Sequence record: OM728297.1
Reading direction: 5' to 3' (one strand)
DNA: 64,000 nt
Below the pieces are notes generated by a model, which ran no database searches, was not told the origin of the DNA, and worked only from the letters and a program-made list of their open reading frames with translations. Position numbers and translations under genes: made by a program. Each line of letters opens with the position of its first letter. The stretch's first letter is position 1. Below are positions 28,378 through 38,564 of the stretch, piece by piece.

Positions 28378-29523
28378 TTGATAAAGGATTTTGAAGAATA
28401 CTATCAGGAATTATATAGAAATGTACATTTAATTTTAAGAAATAATAAATATTATATAGATAGTAATAAAACTCAATTTGATCAAAAGTGTATTGATGTG
28501 TTTAATAGTTTAAATGAAGCAAAATATTTGTTTCAAGAAAATAACAGGAATTATATTGATTATAAATTCTTTAAAAGATTGTTAATAGATGGATATATGG
28601 AAAATAATAAAACAAAAGAATTCTTTTTATTATGCGTAATCATATTAAATAAGATTGATAATTTGCTACCTGTAACTCAATCAGTAATCCTTCCAAAGAT
28701 GTTAACAATATTAGAGAAGCTTGATGAAGAATATGGAAGCGATATCTATATATTTATAATGACAAAATTAAAAGAAACATTTATTAAAATTTCAAGTAAT
28801 ATTATCAATAAAGATTTTATCTATAAACAAATTCAAGATTATCCAATGTCTGCTAAATTTATTTATAGTAAACCTGTTGAATTGGAGTTAGATTTGGATC
28901 TAGAGAGACCCGATATTGATTTGATGACATTTAAACATAATAGAAGCAATATATTTTTACCAACAAGCAATATATTCAAAATGTTAGAAATGGATTATAT
29001 TCTTTATTGTAATGACTTAGAATTAAATAATAAAGATAAGATGGATTATTATTTTGAAATACTATATAATGATTATTTAAAGAGAAGGAATTTATTTCCT
29101 TTTGATAAGATAACGTTCAAAAATCCTAAGTATTATAAAAAATTAATGCCCACAACAGGTCTATATGATGGATGGAGTTTTATTCGTTTATTTGATAATA
29201 TCGGAATAGAAGACCAAATTCATTCATATTTCTTTAATGCGGTATTAAATATAGTAAAACCTACTACTATACCTAAAAATTATGATTATTTTTCTTTTAA
29301 GTATAAAGAATTATTCAATAAAATAATATTATTTAATTTGAGTTTATATAAAGAACAGGATAAAAAATGTAATGTATTTAAAATTGAAAAATATCTTTCC
29401 AATGAGTATTTCAGTAATTTTATATGGTATGATATTTTTAGTGAATATTATGAGAGAGATCATATGGATAGTGTAAAAAGAATAAGGGAATATAGAGCAA
29501 CATCTTTACTTGATTCTTTATAA
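28378..29523 (+). CDS. Paralog family A member 3
   Basis: RPDIDL, NKDKMDYYFEIL, YFSFKYKELF, SVKRIREYRATSLLDSL. Confidence 0.85.
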   Translation: MIKDFEEYYQELYRNVHLILRNNKYYIDSNKTQFDQKCIDVFNSLNEAKYLFQENNRNYIDYKFFKRLLIDGYMENNKTKEFFLLCVIILNKIDNLLPVTQSVILPKMLTILEKLDEEYGSDIYIFIMTKLKETFIKISSNIINKDFIYKQIQDYPMSAKFIYSKPVELELDLDLERPDIDLMTFKHNRSNIFLPTSNIFKMLEMDYILYCNDLELNNKDKMDYYFEILYNDYLKRRNLFPFDKITFKNPKYYKKLMPTTGLYDGWSFIRLFDNIGIEDQIHSYFFNAVLNIVKPTTIPKNYDYFSFKYKELFNKIILFNLSLYKEQDKKCNVFKIEKYLSNEYFSNFIWYDIFSEYYERDHMDSVKRIREYRATSLLDSL

Positions 29524-29539
29524 TAAGGAGAAAGCTAAT

Positions 29540-30769
29540 ATGATTGATAAATTAAATAAACTTGGATTTAAGTTAGATATAGACAATGAAGCTTTATTAA
29601 TAGAAGATGATTTTGTACAAAATCATCTTCCATCACATATTTATGATGTATATAAAGAGTTAGATAAAGGCTATCGCTACCAACCAAATAAAGTTATAGA
29701 TTATATTAATAGACGTATGTTTTGTTTAAGAGACGATCAATTAATCTATAATTGGGAATTTCATGAGAAGCTTTGTGCTTTTCCTAGAGGATCAAGTTGG
29801 ATTACTGAAAGATATGAACCAAGAATTACTATAATTAGTTTAATAATATTAAATAAATTAATTGAAAATAATATAAAATTTAAGATAGAGTTTCCTAAAT
29901 CCCTTAGACAAACTGATACAGGTAAAATTATACATGAGTGTTATTATAAGCTTTGCAATATTAATACTATAAAAGTAATGAAATCAAGCATAGACTATAA
30001 ACTTATTTTTAAACAAGATCTCGCACCAATATATCGTAAAGTATTAGTATATTTATTTAATAATAAAGAGAATAGAGATTACTTTTATAATTACTATGAT
30101 GTTCAGATCCCATCTAGAGATAATTCAGTATATATCAGTTTTTCTAAAAATGATTTATTATTCGGATTTAATAGACCTGATATTGATATTTTAAATATTA
30201 AATTCTTAATGCAAGACTCACTTGTTGATGGTGGAATTACTCTTGATCTTAAAACTGATTATGACATATTTTATGATGATGAGGAGTTAAATAATAAAGA
30301 AAAAATTAATTCTTATTTTCAAGAATTATATGATGATTTTAAAATAAGAATGAAATCTAATTTTTATACGGCTTACAATCCATTGGGTTATGATGATTCT
30401 TTTTTGTATAAATATACTTTTAATGTCGATAATAGTTCATTACGTTTATTATTAAATAAAGAAGACTATAGAAATTTTTTACTAAGTTTCAAGTTCATTA
30501 ATCGACATGAAAAGTCTTTAGGGAATATTTCATATTTTGATTATAAATTTAAAGAAACTATATGTCGTATAATAATTTATACTATGGAATATCAAAGGGA
30601 AAATAAAAATACAATATTATTAAATAGGATTGAAAAATTCTTAGCAAATGATGCATTTGAGAAGTATTTACACTTTAAACACTTTAAAGAAAAATTAGGT
30701 TGGCAGAATGAAGAAAGTGAAAGAAGAATAATAGAATATAATGCAATTGATAAATTAGAATCATTGTAG
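29540..30769 (+). CDS. Paralog family A member 4 (ATG 29540)
   Basis: RPDIDIL, NKEKINSYFQEL, YFDYKFKETI, SERRIIEYNAIDKLESL. Confidence 0.85.
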   Translation: MIDKLNKLGFKLDIDNEALLIEDDFVQNHLPSHIYDVYKELDKGYRYQPNKVIDYINRRMFCLRDDQLIYNWEFHEKLCAFPRGSSWITERYEPRITIISLIILNKLIENNIKFKIEFPKSLRQTDTGKIIHECYYKLCNINTIKVMKSSIDYKLIFKQDLAPIYRKVLVYLFNNKENRDYFYNYYDVQIPSRDNSVYISFSKNDLLFGFNRPDIDILNIKFLMQDSLVDGGITLDLKTDYDIFYDDEELNNKEKINSYFQELYDDFKIRMKSNFYTAYNPLGYDDSFLYKYTFNVDNSSLRLLLNKEDYRNFLLSFKFINRHEKSLGNISYFDYKFKETICRIIIYTMEYQRENKNTILLNRIEKFLANDAFEKYLHFKHFKEKLGWQNEESERRIIEYNAIDKLESL

Positions 30770-30781
30770 GAGGTTATTATA

Positions 30782-31933
30782 TTGAGTGTTATTGAATCTT
30801 TAAAAGAATTATTATTAGATGTTGATGAAGATAATAATATAATTATAATGGAAGATAATGACTTAGTTAGCAATGAATGTACAGTTAGTATGTTAAATGA
30901 TATAAATAAAGAAAGAAAATTTCTTTTTGTAGAAAATGATACTGTATACTTTGATGCATCATTCATAATATTTAATGTTTGGTCTTATAAGAAAAATCAA
31001 GCAATTAATAGTTATTTTCATTTTAATCATACTGAATTTGCTAATTATGTTGTTAGTAGTATTATTAAAAAATTAATAGACAGCGATCACATAACTTTAG
31101 ATATCATTTCAGATAAATTAGATCAAATGACCTTATTAAAATCAGGATTAAGAGTATATCCAGATGATGAAGACTATTCAATGTTAAAAACTATTAATAG
31201 TGTTGGATATGAGTTAGCAAGTTATATTTACGATCATGAATTTATTAAGAGATCTCTTGATAAGTCACCTATAGATGATGGTTATAGATCAGCTGATCAA
31301 TCAGTATTTAGTAAACCCACAATACATGAATCTAAATTAAATTTAACTAGACCGGATTTAGATATTCTCTATTTTCCTTTAATTAAGGATTTTAAGACAA
31401 ACTCAGCATCTATAACTTTAATGCAAGATTATAGGTTATTATTTAATGATCCAAAATTAGAAAAAGAAGAATTAATTAATGAATACTTTAAAGATATTCT
31501 AGAAGACACTAAAAAGAGATTAACGGTTGTTAAAGAACAAAGGGTATATAAGCATGAATTAAATTCATTTTATATTCATTTAATTCAATTAGTTAGAGGT
31601 AAAGTTACTAAAACTAGAAAAAATAAAATAAATAAACAATTATCAACTTCTAGAGCAAGATTCTTTGGGAAAAAAGAGAATTATTTTGAGGGAAAATTTA
31701 GGGAAACAATTTTTAAAATAGTACTCTTTATGATTGAATATTTTGAAAAAGAAAATTTAGAGAAAAAATTAGAATCAATTGAAAAAGCATTTTCTTTAAA
31801 AATATTTAAGAATTATATTGGTTATTATGAATATGATGATATTCGAATAAGTTATTTGAATGATGATAAATTTGCTAAAAGCAGAGAAAGAATATCTAGA
31901 TATGAAGCAGAAGAACTCTTAGAACAACTTTAA
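30782..31933 (+). CDS. Paralog family A member 5
   Basis: RPDLDILYFP, KEELINEYFKDI, YFEGKFRETIFK, SRERISRYEAEELLEQL. Confidence 0.85.
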   Translation: MSVIESLKELLLDVDEDNNIIIMEDNDLVSNECTVSMLNDINKERKFLFVENDTVYFDASFIIFNVWSYKKNQAINSYFHFNHTEFANYVVSSIIKKLIDSDHITLDIISDKLDQMTLLKSGLRVYPDDEDYSMLKTINSVGYELASYIYDHEFIKRSLDKSPIDDGYRSADQSVFSKPTIHESKLNLTRPDLDILYFPLIKDFKTNSASITLMQDYRLLFNDPKLEKEELINEYFKDILEDTKKRLTVVKEQRVYKHELNSFYIHLIQLVRGKVTKTRKNKINKQLSTSRARFFGKKENYFEGKFRETIFKIVLFMIEYFEKENLEKKLESIEKAFSLKIFKNYIGYYEYDDIRISYLNDDKFAKSRERISRYEAEELLEQL

Positions 31934-31934
31934 T

Positions 31935-31970
31935 TTAGAATGATATCCTTTTTATAGGATATCATTCTAA
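31935..31970. terminator. Bidirectional terminator
   Basis: 15-bp stem ttagaatgatatcct/aggatatcattctaa between convergent genes. Confidence 0.8.
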
Positions 31971-31977
31971 TAATTTT

Positions 31978-32424
31978 TTATACTGCGTCTTCATCAATAA
32001 CTACTTCTCTGTCAGTCTTAGTTACTTTTTGTAATATCCAAGTAGGAAAAGTAAGTTCATGAATACCAGTGAAAGTTTGTCTATGATGTTTTAAACATAA
32101 TACAATTAAATTTCTAATATCATCTACAGTTGTAATAGGTACTTCATTTAATTTTTTTCCATATCCGTAAATATCAAACAACTCTACGAGTTCTTTTAAT
32201 TTATCATAGTCACAGACATTTTGCATAGACCAACTACATAGGAAATGATGAACTTCTAAATGTTCAGTGTTTTCACATATCCAACACTTATAATGACCAT
32301 CTTCTTTTAATCTTTTTTTAGATTTTCTAAACGTAGATGATTCTTTTCTTTCTTCATGTTCAGGAATTAAAACACTTTCTTTTAATGTAGTTCTATCAAT
32401 ATGTTCTGCGATTATTTTACTCAT
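31978..32424 (-). CDS. HNH-like Zn-binding protein, inverted within family A array
   Basis: CWIC..LEVHH..NLIVLCLKHH..GIH pattern (HNH/beta-beta-alpha-Me like). Confidence 0.6.
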   Translation of the reverse strand: MSKIIAEHIDRTTLKESVLIPEHEERKESSTFRKSKKRLKEDGHYKCWICENTEHLEVHHFLCSWSMQNVCDYDKLKELVELFDIYGYGKKLNEVPITTVDDIRNLIVLCLKHHRQTFTGIHELTFPTWILQKVTKTDREVVIDEDAV

Positions 32425-32444
32425 ATTACCACCCCTTCTAGCTA

Positions 32445-32456
32445 TATTATTATGTT
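32445..32456 (-). promoter_or_regulatory. Putative late promoter AACA-N6-TA
   Basis: AACAtaataaTA upstream of the SD of the HNH-like gene. Confidence 0.6.
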
Positions 32457-32468
32457 TAAAAAAATTTA

Positions 32469-32492
32469 AAAATATATATTATACTTTTGATA
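32469..32492 (+). promoter_or_regulatory. Putative strong early promoter (24-bp copy also at 60872-60895)
   Basis: aaaatatatattatacttttgata, identical at two operon starts. Confidence 0.65.
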
Positions 32493-32529
32493 CTAAATAA
32501 TTTGAGAAATAATATTAGGAGGACTATTT

Positions 32530-33867
32530 ATGACAGATACTCAAAAACTAATTGAATTGGGTTTTGATTTTGATTCACATGGAGTATTTATTTTTAATGA
32601 TTCTTATTTATTTAAAGAACACATATATTCAAGAAATGAGGAAATTGGCAAGCTTTTTCGTGATTATTATAGTACTTCTGAAACGATAAATCCATTTGAC
32701 TTTTTACATGAACTCAACCAAAAACATAAGTTTTTATATCTGCATGGAAATAAAATAGTTTATAAATTATCATTTTATGGTTTAGATTGCATGCCTATTC
32801 AAAGCCCTAGTTTCCTAGAAATTGAACTTAAAATTCATCATGATTTATATAATGCTGTATTAAGAGATTCAAATACAGATGATATTTATAAGTCTAAATC
32901 ATCTTCTCTTTGGTATGCAGGTGCAAGAATACAGAATGACAGTATTTTTAGAGGGAATAGATATCTTGCTACCACTGTATTAACAGAGGTATTGAATATA
33001 TTCATGGAGAACAATATTGAGATTTGTTTAAAAATGGATATAACTCATAATCAATTAGTTTATCCTGATATGATTAGGAGAGAATTTACTCATAATTCTA
33101 GGCTACCAAATGGTCGTATAAATCCAGTTAAGAAACTATTAAAAAATATGTATACTTTAGATTTTATTAAAAGATACTATAATAATTATGAAAGTCTACC
33201 ATCATTAAATGATGAAGAGTATAAAGATTCTTTTTCAGCCTATCATAAATGGAGAAAACATGAAATTTATTTATATCCTAGAATGAATCGTCCTGATATT
33301 GATCTCCTGACATTTTCATTAATAGACGCAACAAAAGTTTCAACTAACTCAAATTCACTTTTTAGTGACTTTCTTCTAATTACTAACGAGCTAACTAATG
33401 AAAATATTGATTCTTATTTTAATGAATTGATTAATGATGCCAAAATTAGATTTTATAAATTATTTTCAATTAAAAATACAATTGCTGCAGATATAACTAA
33501 TTTTTGTTTATTTGAGATGGTATTAGTAAATTGTGATAAATATATTACAGATTTTATTATTGATAACACTCCTGTTGGACAAAAAGAACCAATTACAAAA
33601 CTTACTGGGATTGAAGAATATTTTAATAAGAAACTTAGGGAATCATTATTTAAGATATTATTTCATATGATCAATACACTCTATTCTAATAATGAAATTG
33701 AATATGCTAATAGATTAGAAAATTATCTATCTTATGATTCATATAAAAATTTATTTTTATTTGATGAATCTAAAGAGGTCAAAGATATAATTAATAGTAA
33801 TGGGTTTTCCAGAAGTATGAAGAAAATTAAAGAATATGAGGCAATTAATATAATGGAATCATTATAA
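32530..33867 (+). CDS. Paralog family A member 6
   Basis: RPDIDLL, NENIDSYFNEL, YFNKKLRESLFK, SMKKIKEYEAINIMESL. Confidence 0.85.
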   Translation: MTDTQKLIELGFDFDSHGVFIFNDSYLFKEHIYSRNEEIGKLFRDYYSTSETINPFDFLHELNQKHKFLYLHGNKIVYKLSFYGLDCMPIQSPSFLEIELKIHHDLYNAVLRDSNTDDIYKSKSSSLWYAGARIQNDSIFRGNRYLATTVLTEVLNIFMENNIEICLKMDITHNQLVYPDMIRREFTHNSRLPNGRINPVKKLLKNMYTLDFIKRYYNNYESLPSLNDEEYKDSFSAYHKWRKHEIYLYPRMNRPDIDLLTFSLIDATKVSTNSNSLFSDFLLITNELTNENIDSYFNELINDAKIRFYKLFSIKNTIAADITNFCLFEMVLVNCDKYITDFIIDNTPVGQKEPITKLTGIEEYFNKKLRESLFKILFHMINTLYSNNEIEYANRLENYLSYDSYKNLFLFDESKEVKDIINSNGFSRSMKKIKEYEAINIMESL

Positions 33868-33883
33868 ATATGGAGGATAAGAA

Positions 33884-35113
33884 ATGGATATAAAAAAAGA
33901 ATTAGAAAAATTAGGAATTGTATTAAAAAAGGATGAAACTTCTTCAAAAAATAGTTATAATTTATATATGACTAAGGATGCAGAAGAAAAACTTATCCCA
34001 TATCATGAAAGACTTATCATAGAGAGATTAAATACTCCTTTTACCCTTTATCAAACTGATTCAGGACAACATATATTTAAACTGCACTTATTTAAGTTAA
34101 TTGATAATAAAATAATAATAGATATTGAAAAATTATCTATACAAACAGAATATTCTAACTTGGAATATATGGAGATTCTTATATTTCTCTCTGTAACAGA
34201 AAAATTATTAGACTATAATTTTCCTTTGTCATTTGGAAATAATTTATTTCGTAATTATGTCTTAAACTCATATTGTATGAGTGAGAATCTAATTGAAGAA
34301 AATTTAAATAATATCATTAAGTATCAAAGTAATGATTTACTTAATGATAATGATGACGCAACACTAGAATACTATATTGACATGCGTGTATCTATAATTA
34401 GATCTAAAGTTGTTAGAAGATGTTATAACCTAGATTATTGTACTAAAAATAGATTTATTTCAAATCCAGTTTATAGATATTTTAATGATATAAATAATGA
34501 AAAAATAAATTTATATCGTCCTGATTTAAATCTTTTTTATGTTCCATTCGCTAATGTTAATTTTGGAAATTCTCATATTTCAGGGTTATTATTAGATTAC
34601 ATCATTTTAAATAATGATCAAAAATTTGAAGCTAAAGATAAGATTGATAAGTATTTTGATGAGTTAGTAGATGATTTTAAAAAAAGATTAGAATCAGATC
34701 CATCAAAATTATTTGAGAATTTGTCAACTCGTAGTCGTGGTCCATACTATAATATAACATTTAGTCTTACTTATGAGGCTAATTTTATTAAGACAAAATT
34801 AAATCACTCTCCTGTTAACCAACATCCTTTAAATAAAAAAAGAAATAAAAAAGGTGTTTATGGTATTGATTACTTTGATAGTAAACTGAGGGAATCTTTA
34901 TTTAAAGTTATTACAATTTTAATAAAACATTTTGAAACTTTAAATCAAAGCTCATTCTTAGAGAAAATGGAAAAGACATTAGCTACTAATGAAATACAAA
35001 ATTATATTGGTTATAATGTTTATCCAGAATTATATCTTAATAATCCACAATTCAAAAATAGTTTAAAAAGAGTTAGACAATATGAAGCATTAAGAATATT
35101 AGATACTATTTGA
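33884..35113 (+). CDS. Paralog family A member 7
   Basis: RPDLNLFYVP, KDKIDKYFDEL, HPL, YFDSKLRESLFK, NNPQFKNSLKRVRQYEALRILDTI. Confidence 0.85.
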   Translation: MDIKKELEKLGIVLKKDETSSKNSYNLYMTKDAEEKLIPYHERLIIERLNTPFTLYQTDSGQHIFKLHLFKLIDNKIIIDIEKLSIQTEYSNLEYMEILIFLSVTEKLLDYNFPLSFGNNLFRNYVLNSYCMSENLIEENLNNIIKYQSNDLLNDNDDATLEYYIDMRVSIIRSKVVRRCYNLDYCTKNRFISNPVYRYFNDINNEKINLYRPDLNLFYVPFANVNFGNSHISGLLLDYIILNNDQKFEAKDKIDKYFDELVDDFKKRLESDPSKLFENLSTRSRGPYYNITFSLTYEANFIKTKLNHSPVNQHPLNKKRNKKGVYGIDYFDSKLRESLFKVITILIKHFETLNQSSFLEKMEKTLATNEIQNYIGYNVYPELYLNNPQFKNSLKRVRQYEALRILDTI

Positions 35114-35123
35114 GGAGATAAAT

Positions 35124-36356
35124 ATGATTAAAATTGAAGAAAGATTAAAACAGTATAAAATTAATATTAGAAATAATCAACTTTATTTGAGTGAAGATAG
35201 TGCTAAATATATTTTAGATAGAAAATTATTAGATTATTATAATTATATATTAAATGAATCTAGTAAAAGGGAATATTTATTTAAATTTAGTCTTACTGCC
35301 CGTGGAATAAGAATTGATAATGATAATAAAATAATTGTTGAACCTAATCTTATAGTATATCAAAAACACTGGGGATGGACAAATCCACCTGAAATTAATA
35401 CAATAATTAAAGTACTAATTATAAGTGAATTAGTAAATAAGTTAATGGATGAAGGTTATAAAGTATTTTTAGGTAATAATACATCAAAGGAAAGAAATCT
35501 TGAATTATTTAGGTGGATGCAAAGTCAATATAATAAAATGCACAAATTATCTGGTATTGATAATTCTTTAAATGCTAGAGAAGTATTTAAAGACATATCT
35601 GAGTATTTACATATTTCAACTAGAATGCTAAGTGATAGAATTCTCAGGAATAGTTATACTAAGGAATATGTAATTAATGCGAGACCCGCTAAGGCTTTTA
35701 GACCGCCATATACATTATTCAATATCTGCTTTCATGATTTGGAGCTAGATTCTAAATTGAATAGATTAGATCTTGACTTATACTATATACCTTTTATTAA
35801 AGATATTATTAATAATCAATTTGGTATTGCATTAATGAAAGACTATGTTCTTTTAAATAATGATAGAGAGCTTGAAAATTTTGATAAGATAGATAAATAT
35901 TTTGATGAACTATTACAAGATGCAGAAACAAGATTACCGATAATATCTAATATTGAAATTAAAACTAAATCTACAGCAAGTGTATATTTTCAGCTAATTG
36001 ATATTAAAGATATAAGACAAGTTACAATTATTAAAAGAATAAAATCAAAATATAAAGTAACTTCTAGGAACAAACATCCATTATCAAAATATAAAACCTT
36101 AGAAGGTTCTCAATATTTTAGTGCAAAATTGAGAGAATCACAATTTAAAGCGCTATTATTAATGATAGAATATTTTGAAAAACATTGCAATCAAAATGAT
36201 TTAGCTAGAGCAGAAAAAATATTATCACTTAAAGAAGTCCAGAATTATCTTGGCTATGAACACTATAAGCATTTATATGAAAATAATCCAAAATTTAAAG
36301 ATAGTTTTAAGAGAGTAAAAGATTTAGAAGCTATTGAATTATTAGAGAATCTATAA
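35124..36356 (+). CDS. Paralog family A member 8
   Basis: RLDLDLYYIP, DKIDKYFDEL, HPL, YFSAKLRESQFK, YENNPKFKDSFKRVKDLEAIELLENL. Confidence 0.85.
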   Translation: MIKIEERLKQYKINIRNNQLYLSEDSAKYILDRKLLDYYNYILNESSKREYLFKFSLTARGIRIDNDNKIIVEPNLIVYQKHWGWTNPPEINTIIKVLIISELVNKLMDEGYKVFLGNNTSKERNLELFRWMQSQYNKMHKLSGIDNSLNAREVFKDISEYLHISTRMLSDRILRNSYTKEYVINARPAKAFRPPYTLFNICFHDLELDSKLNRLDLDLYYIPFIKDIINNQFGIALMKDYVLLNNDRELENFDKIDKYFDELLQDAETRLPIISNIEIKTKSTASVYFQLIDIKDIRQVTIIKRIKSKYKVTSRNKHPLSKYKTLEGSQYFSAKLRESQFKALLLMIEYFEKHCNQNDLARAEKILSLKEVQNYLGYEHYKHLYENNPKFKDSFKRVKDLEAIELLENL

Positions 36357-36370
36357 TTGGGGGATTTTAA

Positions 36371-37516
36371 ATGTCTGAATTTAATTTAATGGAAAATGTG
36401 ATTGAAGTAATAGAGGTTCCAAGTGGTAGTAAATCTGGTTTATTCCCAAGAAAGAGAGAATCTGGTTTTGATAAAATATTAAGGCAAGAAATTGTACCAG
36501 CTCAAAAGAATCATCTTGATACAATTATAAAACGAATGAAAGCAATAGGCTATGATAAAATTGCTGTACTTAACACAAATATTCAATTTTATTGGGAGAT
36601 AACTACAGTCGAATATCCTTTTAATAATGATAATCAGCTACATATAACATTAGTTAATAAAGAAAATACTATTGAATATTTAAGTTTAGTAAATCTTAAA
36701 TCTGGTTTTTTCTCAGATAGAAAATTTAATAACCTAACAAAGAGACTCCAAGATTCAGAAGAAGATATTGGAAAGATTATGAGAGCATATATAGAATATA
36801 ATTTACCATATTACTTTTCAAGAAATTATGAGAAATATGAAAAGGAGAATGAAGAAATGAAAAAAGAAAATAATGAAGTTAGTAATAAAATTAATAATAA
36901 AGAGGTAAATATCCTACTAGCTCCGTTAGTAAAGGATTTCTTAGGAACAATTGGTAGTATTGCAATATTAAGAAATTTTAGTGAGTATTATGAAGACAAG
37001 TATATTGAGGATAAAGATAAAGTTGATAAATATTTTAATGAATTAATTGATGATGTAAAAACGTTATTAAAAACTAAAAATGATATCACATTAATTGATC
37101 CTAATCCAAAAAATAATAAGTATATTAATCTTGTTAAAATTATGAAAGGAGAAGAATTAGTATTTAAGAATATTAAAAGAAGCCTATCAATTAATAGAAA
37201 TAGTAAACATCCTTTATTAAGAAGTGAGCTTGAACCACTCCATTCAGAGTATTTTGAAGGAAAATACAGAGAGTATATTTTTAGAACAATGCTTGTGTTA
37301 ATTGAATTCTTTGAGAATAGTTTCAAGGAAAATCCAATGGCAACTAAACATTCTGAATTTCTTAACAATATTGAAAAAGCTTTATCTAAAGACGAAATAA
37401 AAGAATATGTTGGTTATGATTTGTTTAAATCTGATTATGAGAATAATCCTATCTTTGAAGAAAGCTTAAAGCGTGTTAAAGGACATTCAGCTGTTGATAT
37501 ATTAGAATCCCTATAA
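36371..37516 (+). CDS. Paralog family A member 9
   Basis: KDKVDKYFNEL, HPL, YFEGKYREYIF, YENNPIFEESLKRVKGHSAVDILESL. Confidence 0.85.
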   Translation: MSEFNLMENVIEVIEVPSGSKSGLFPRKRESGFDKILRQEIVPAQKNHLDTIIKRMKAIGYDKIAVLNTNIQFYWEITTVEYPFNNDNQLHITLVNKENTIEYLSLVNLKSGFFSDRKFNNLTKRLQDSEEDIGKIMRAYIEYNLPYYFSRNYEKYEKENEEMKKENNEVSNKINNKEVNILLAPLVKDFLGTIGSIAILRNFSEYYEDKYIEDKDKVDKYFNELIDDVKTLLKTKNDITLIDPNPKNNKYINLVKIMKGEELVFKNIKRSLSINRNSKHPLLRSELEPLHSEYFEGKYREYIFRTMLVLIEFFENSFKENPMATKHSEFLNNIEKALSKDEIKEYVGYDLFKSDYENNPIFEESLKRVKGHSAVDILESL

Positions 37517-37532
37517 TAAATTCCTCTAAATC

Positions 37533-37569
37533 TGACAATACTATAGTTTGCTATACTATAGTATTGTCA
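37533..37569 (+). terminator. Hairpin ending family A array
   Basis: 15-bp stem tgacaatactatagt/actatagtattgtca; weak U-tract. Confidence 0.6.
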
Positions 37570-37626
37570 TTACAAAAACTAAGAATTAACAACATGAAGA
37601 TGACATCACTTAAGGAGGAATTTATC

Positions 37627-38076
37627 ATGAAAAAAAGATGTAATAATATTCATTGTATTGATAATAGTATTACAGAAACTGATTTACAAAAATGTTGGTA
37701 TTGTAATTCTGATCTAACTATAGTTGGTAAACCTATTGATCTAGATATTGGTCAGAAAATTTATGTTAACGAGCAGAATCATTTCTTAGGGGTATCAGAA
37801 GGCAATTTAATCGAATGTGAAATTACTAAGATTAATAAATCTGTATTTTATGCTAAAGAAAAAAATAAAGATTATGAATATAGATTTAATCGAAAAACTT
37901 TTACAGGAAAAGGTGTTCATGTAGGAAGTAAATTAACTGCTTATTTAACAGTAGATCAATTTAATAAGGAAATGGATTACCAAAAAGAAAGAGATGAATT
38001 ATTGGTTAAAATTAAAAAAAGATTAGATGAATTAAATTTAGAAACATTAAAGGATGTAAATAATTTTATTAAGTAA
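37627..38076 (+). CDS. Hypothetical protein with N-terminal Cys cluster (ATG 37627)
   Basis: AAGGAGG SD; CxxxxC..CxxC. Confidence 0.7.
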   Translation: MKKRCNNIHCIDNSITETDLQKCWYCNSDLTIVGKPIDLDIGQKIYVNEQNHFLGVSEGNLIECEITKINKSVFYAKEKNKDYEYRFNRKTFTGKGVHVGSKLTAYLTVDQFNKEMDYQKERDELLVKIKKRLDELNLETLKDVNNFIK

Positions 38077-38093
38077 AAAGGAGATATATTTGA

Positions 38094-38504
38094 ATGAGTA
38101 TTAAAGAGTCATATGAAGGAACTGTAAAGAGAAAAGTAGTATTAACAAAAACAATGTCAGATATTCTTCAAGAACAATTAAGATATGCATTTAATAAGTA
38201 TAATGGTGGTACAGAAATGCAAATATCTCGTCTAATTAATATCAGACTAAATATAATGACTATGAGTAATGTAGATGAAGCATTCAATAATCATTTTTCA
38301 CCTTTATTAGACTTACCAGTACATGATTATATCAGTTGCCTTATTAATGGATACGAAGTTTCTTATTCTCCTGAAGAAAGATTAATTGAGAAGCTTAAAC
38401 AGGAAAAATTAGACTGTGAAACAGATGCAGAAAAGGAATCATTTGATGTTGCAATTGAACATGTACAAGAAATATTTAAAATGTCTCCCTTATATAAGGT
38501 TTAA
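38094..38504 (+). CDS. Hypothetical protein
   Basis: 136-aa ORF with AAGGAG SD. Confidence 0.7.
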   Translation: MSIKESYEGTVKRKVVLTKTMSDILQEQLRYAFNKYNGGTEMQISRLINIRLNIMTMSNVDEAFNNHFSPLLDLPVHDYISCLINGYEVSYSPEERLIEKLKQEKLDCETDAEKESFDVAIEHVQEIFKMSPLYKV

Positions 38505-38564
38505 AAAGAAAAATAAATAGATATTATAATAATGAGAAAATAGATATTAAGGGAGAGAGAAACA

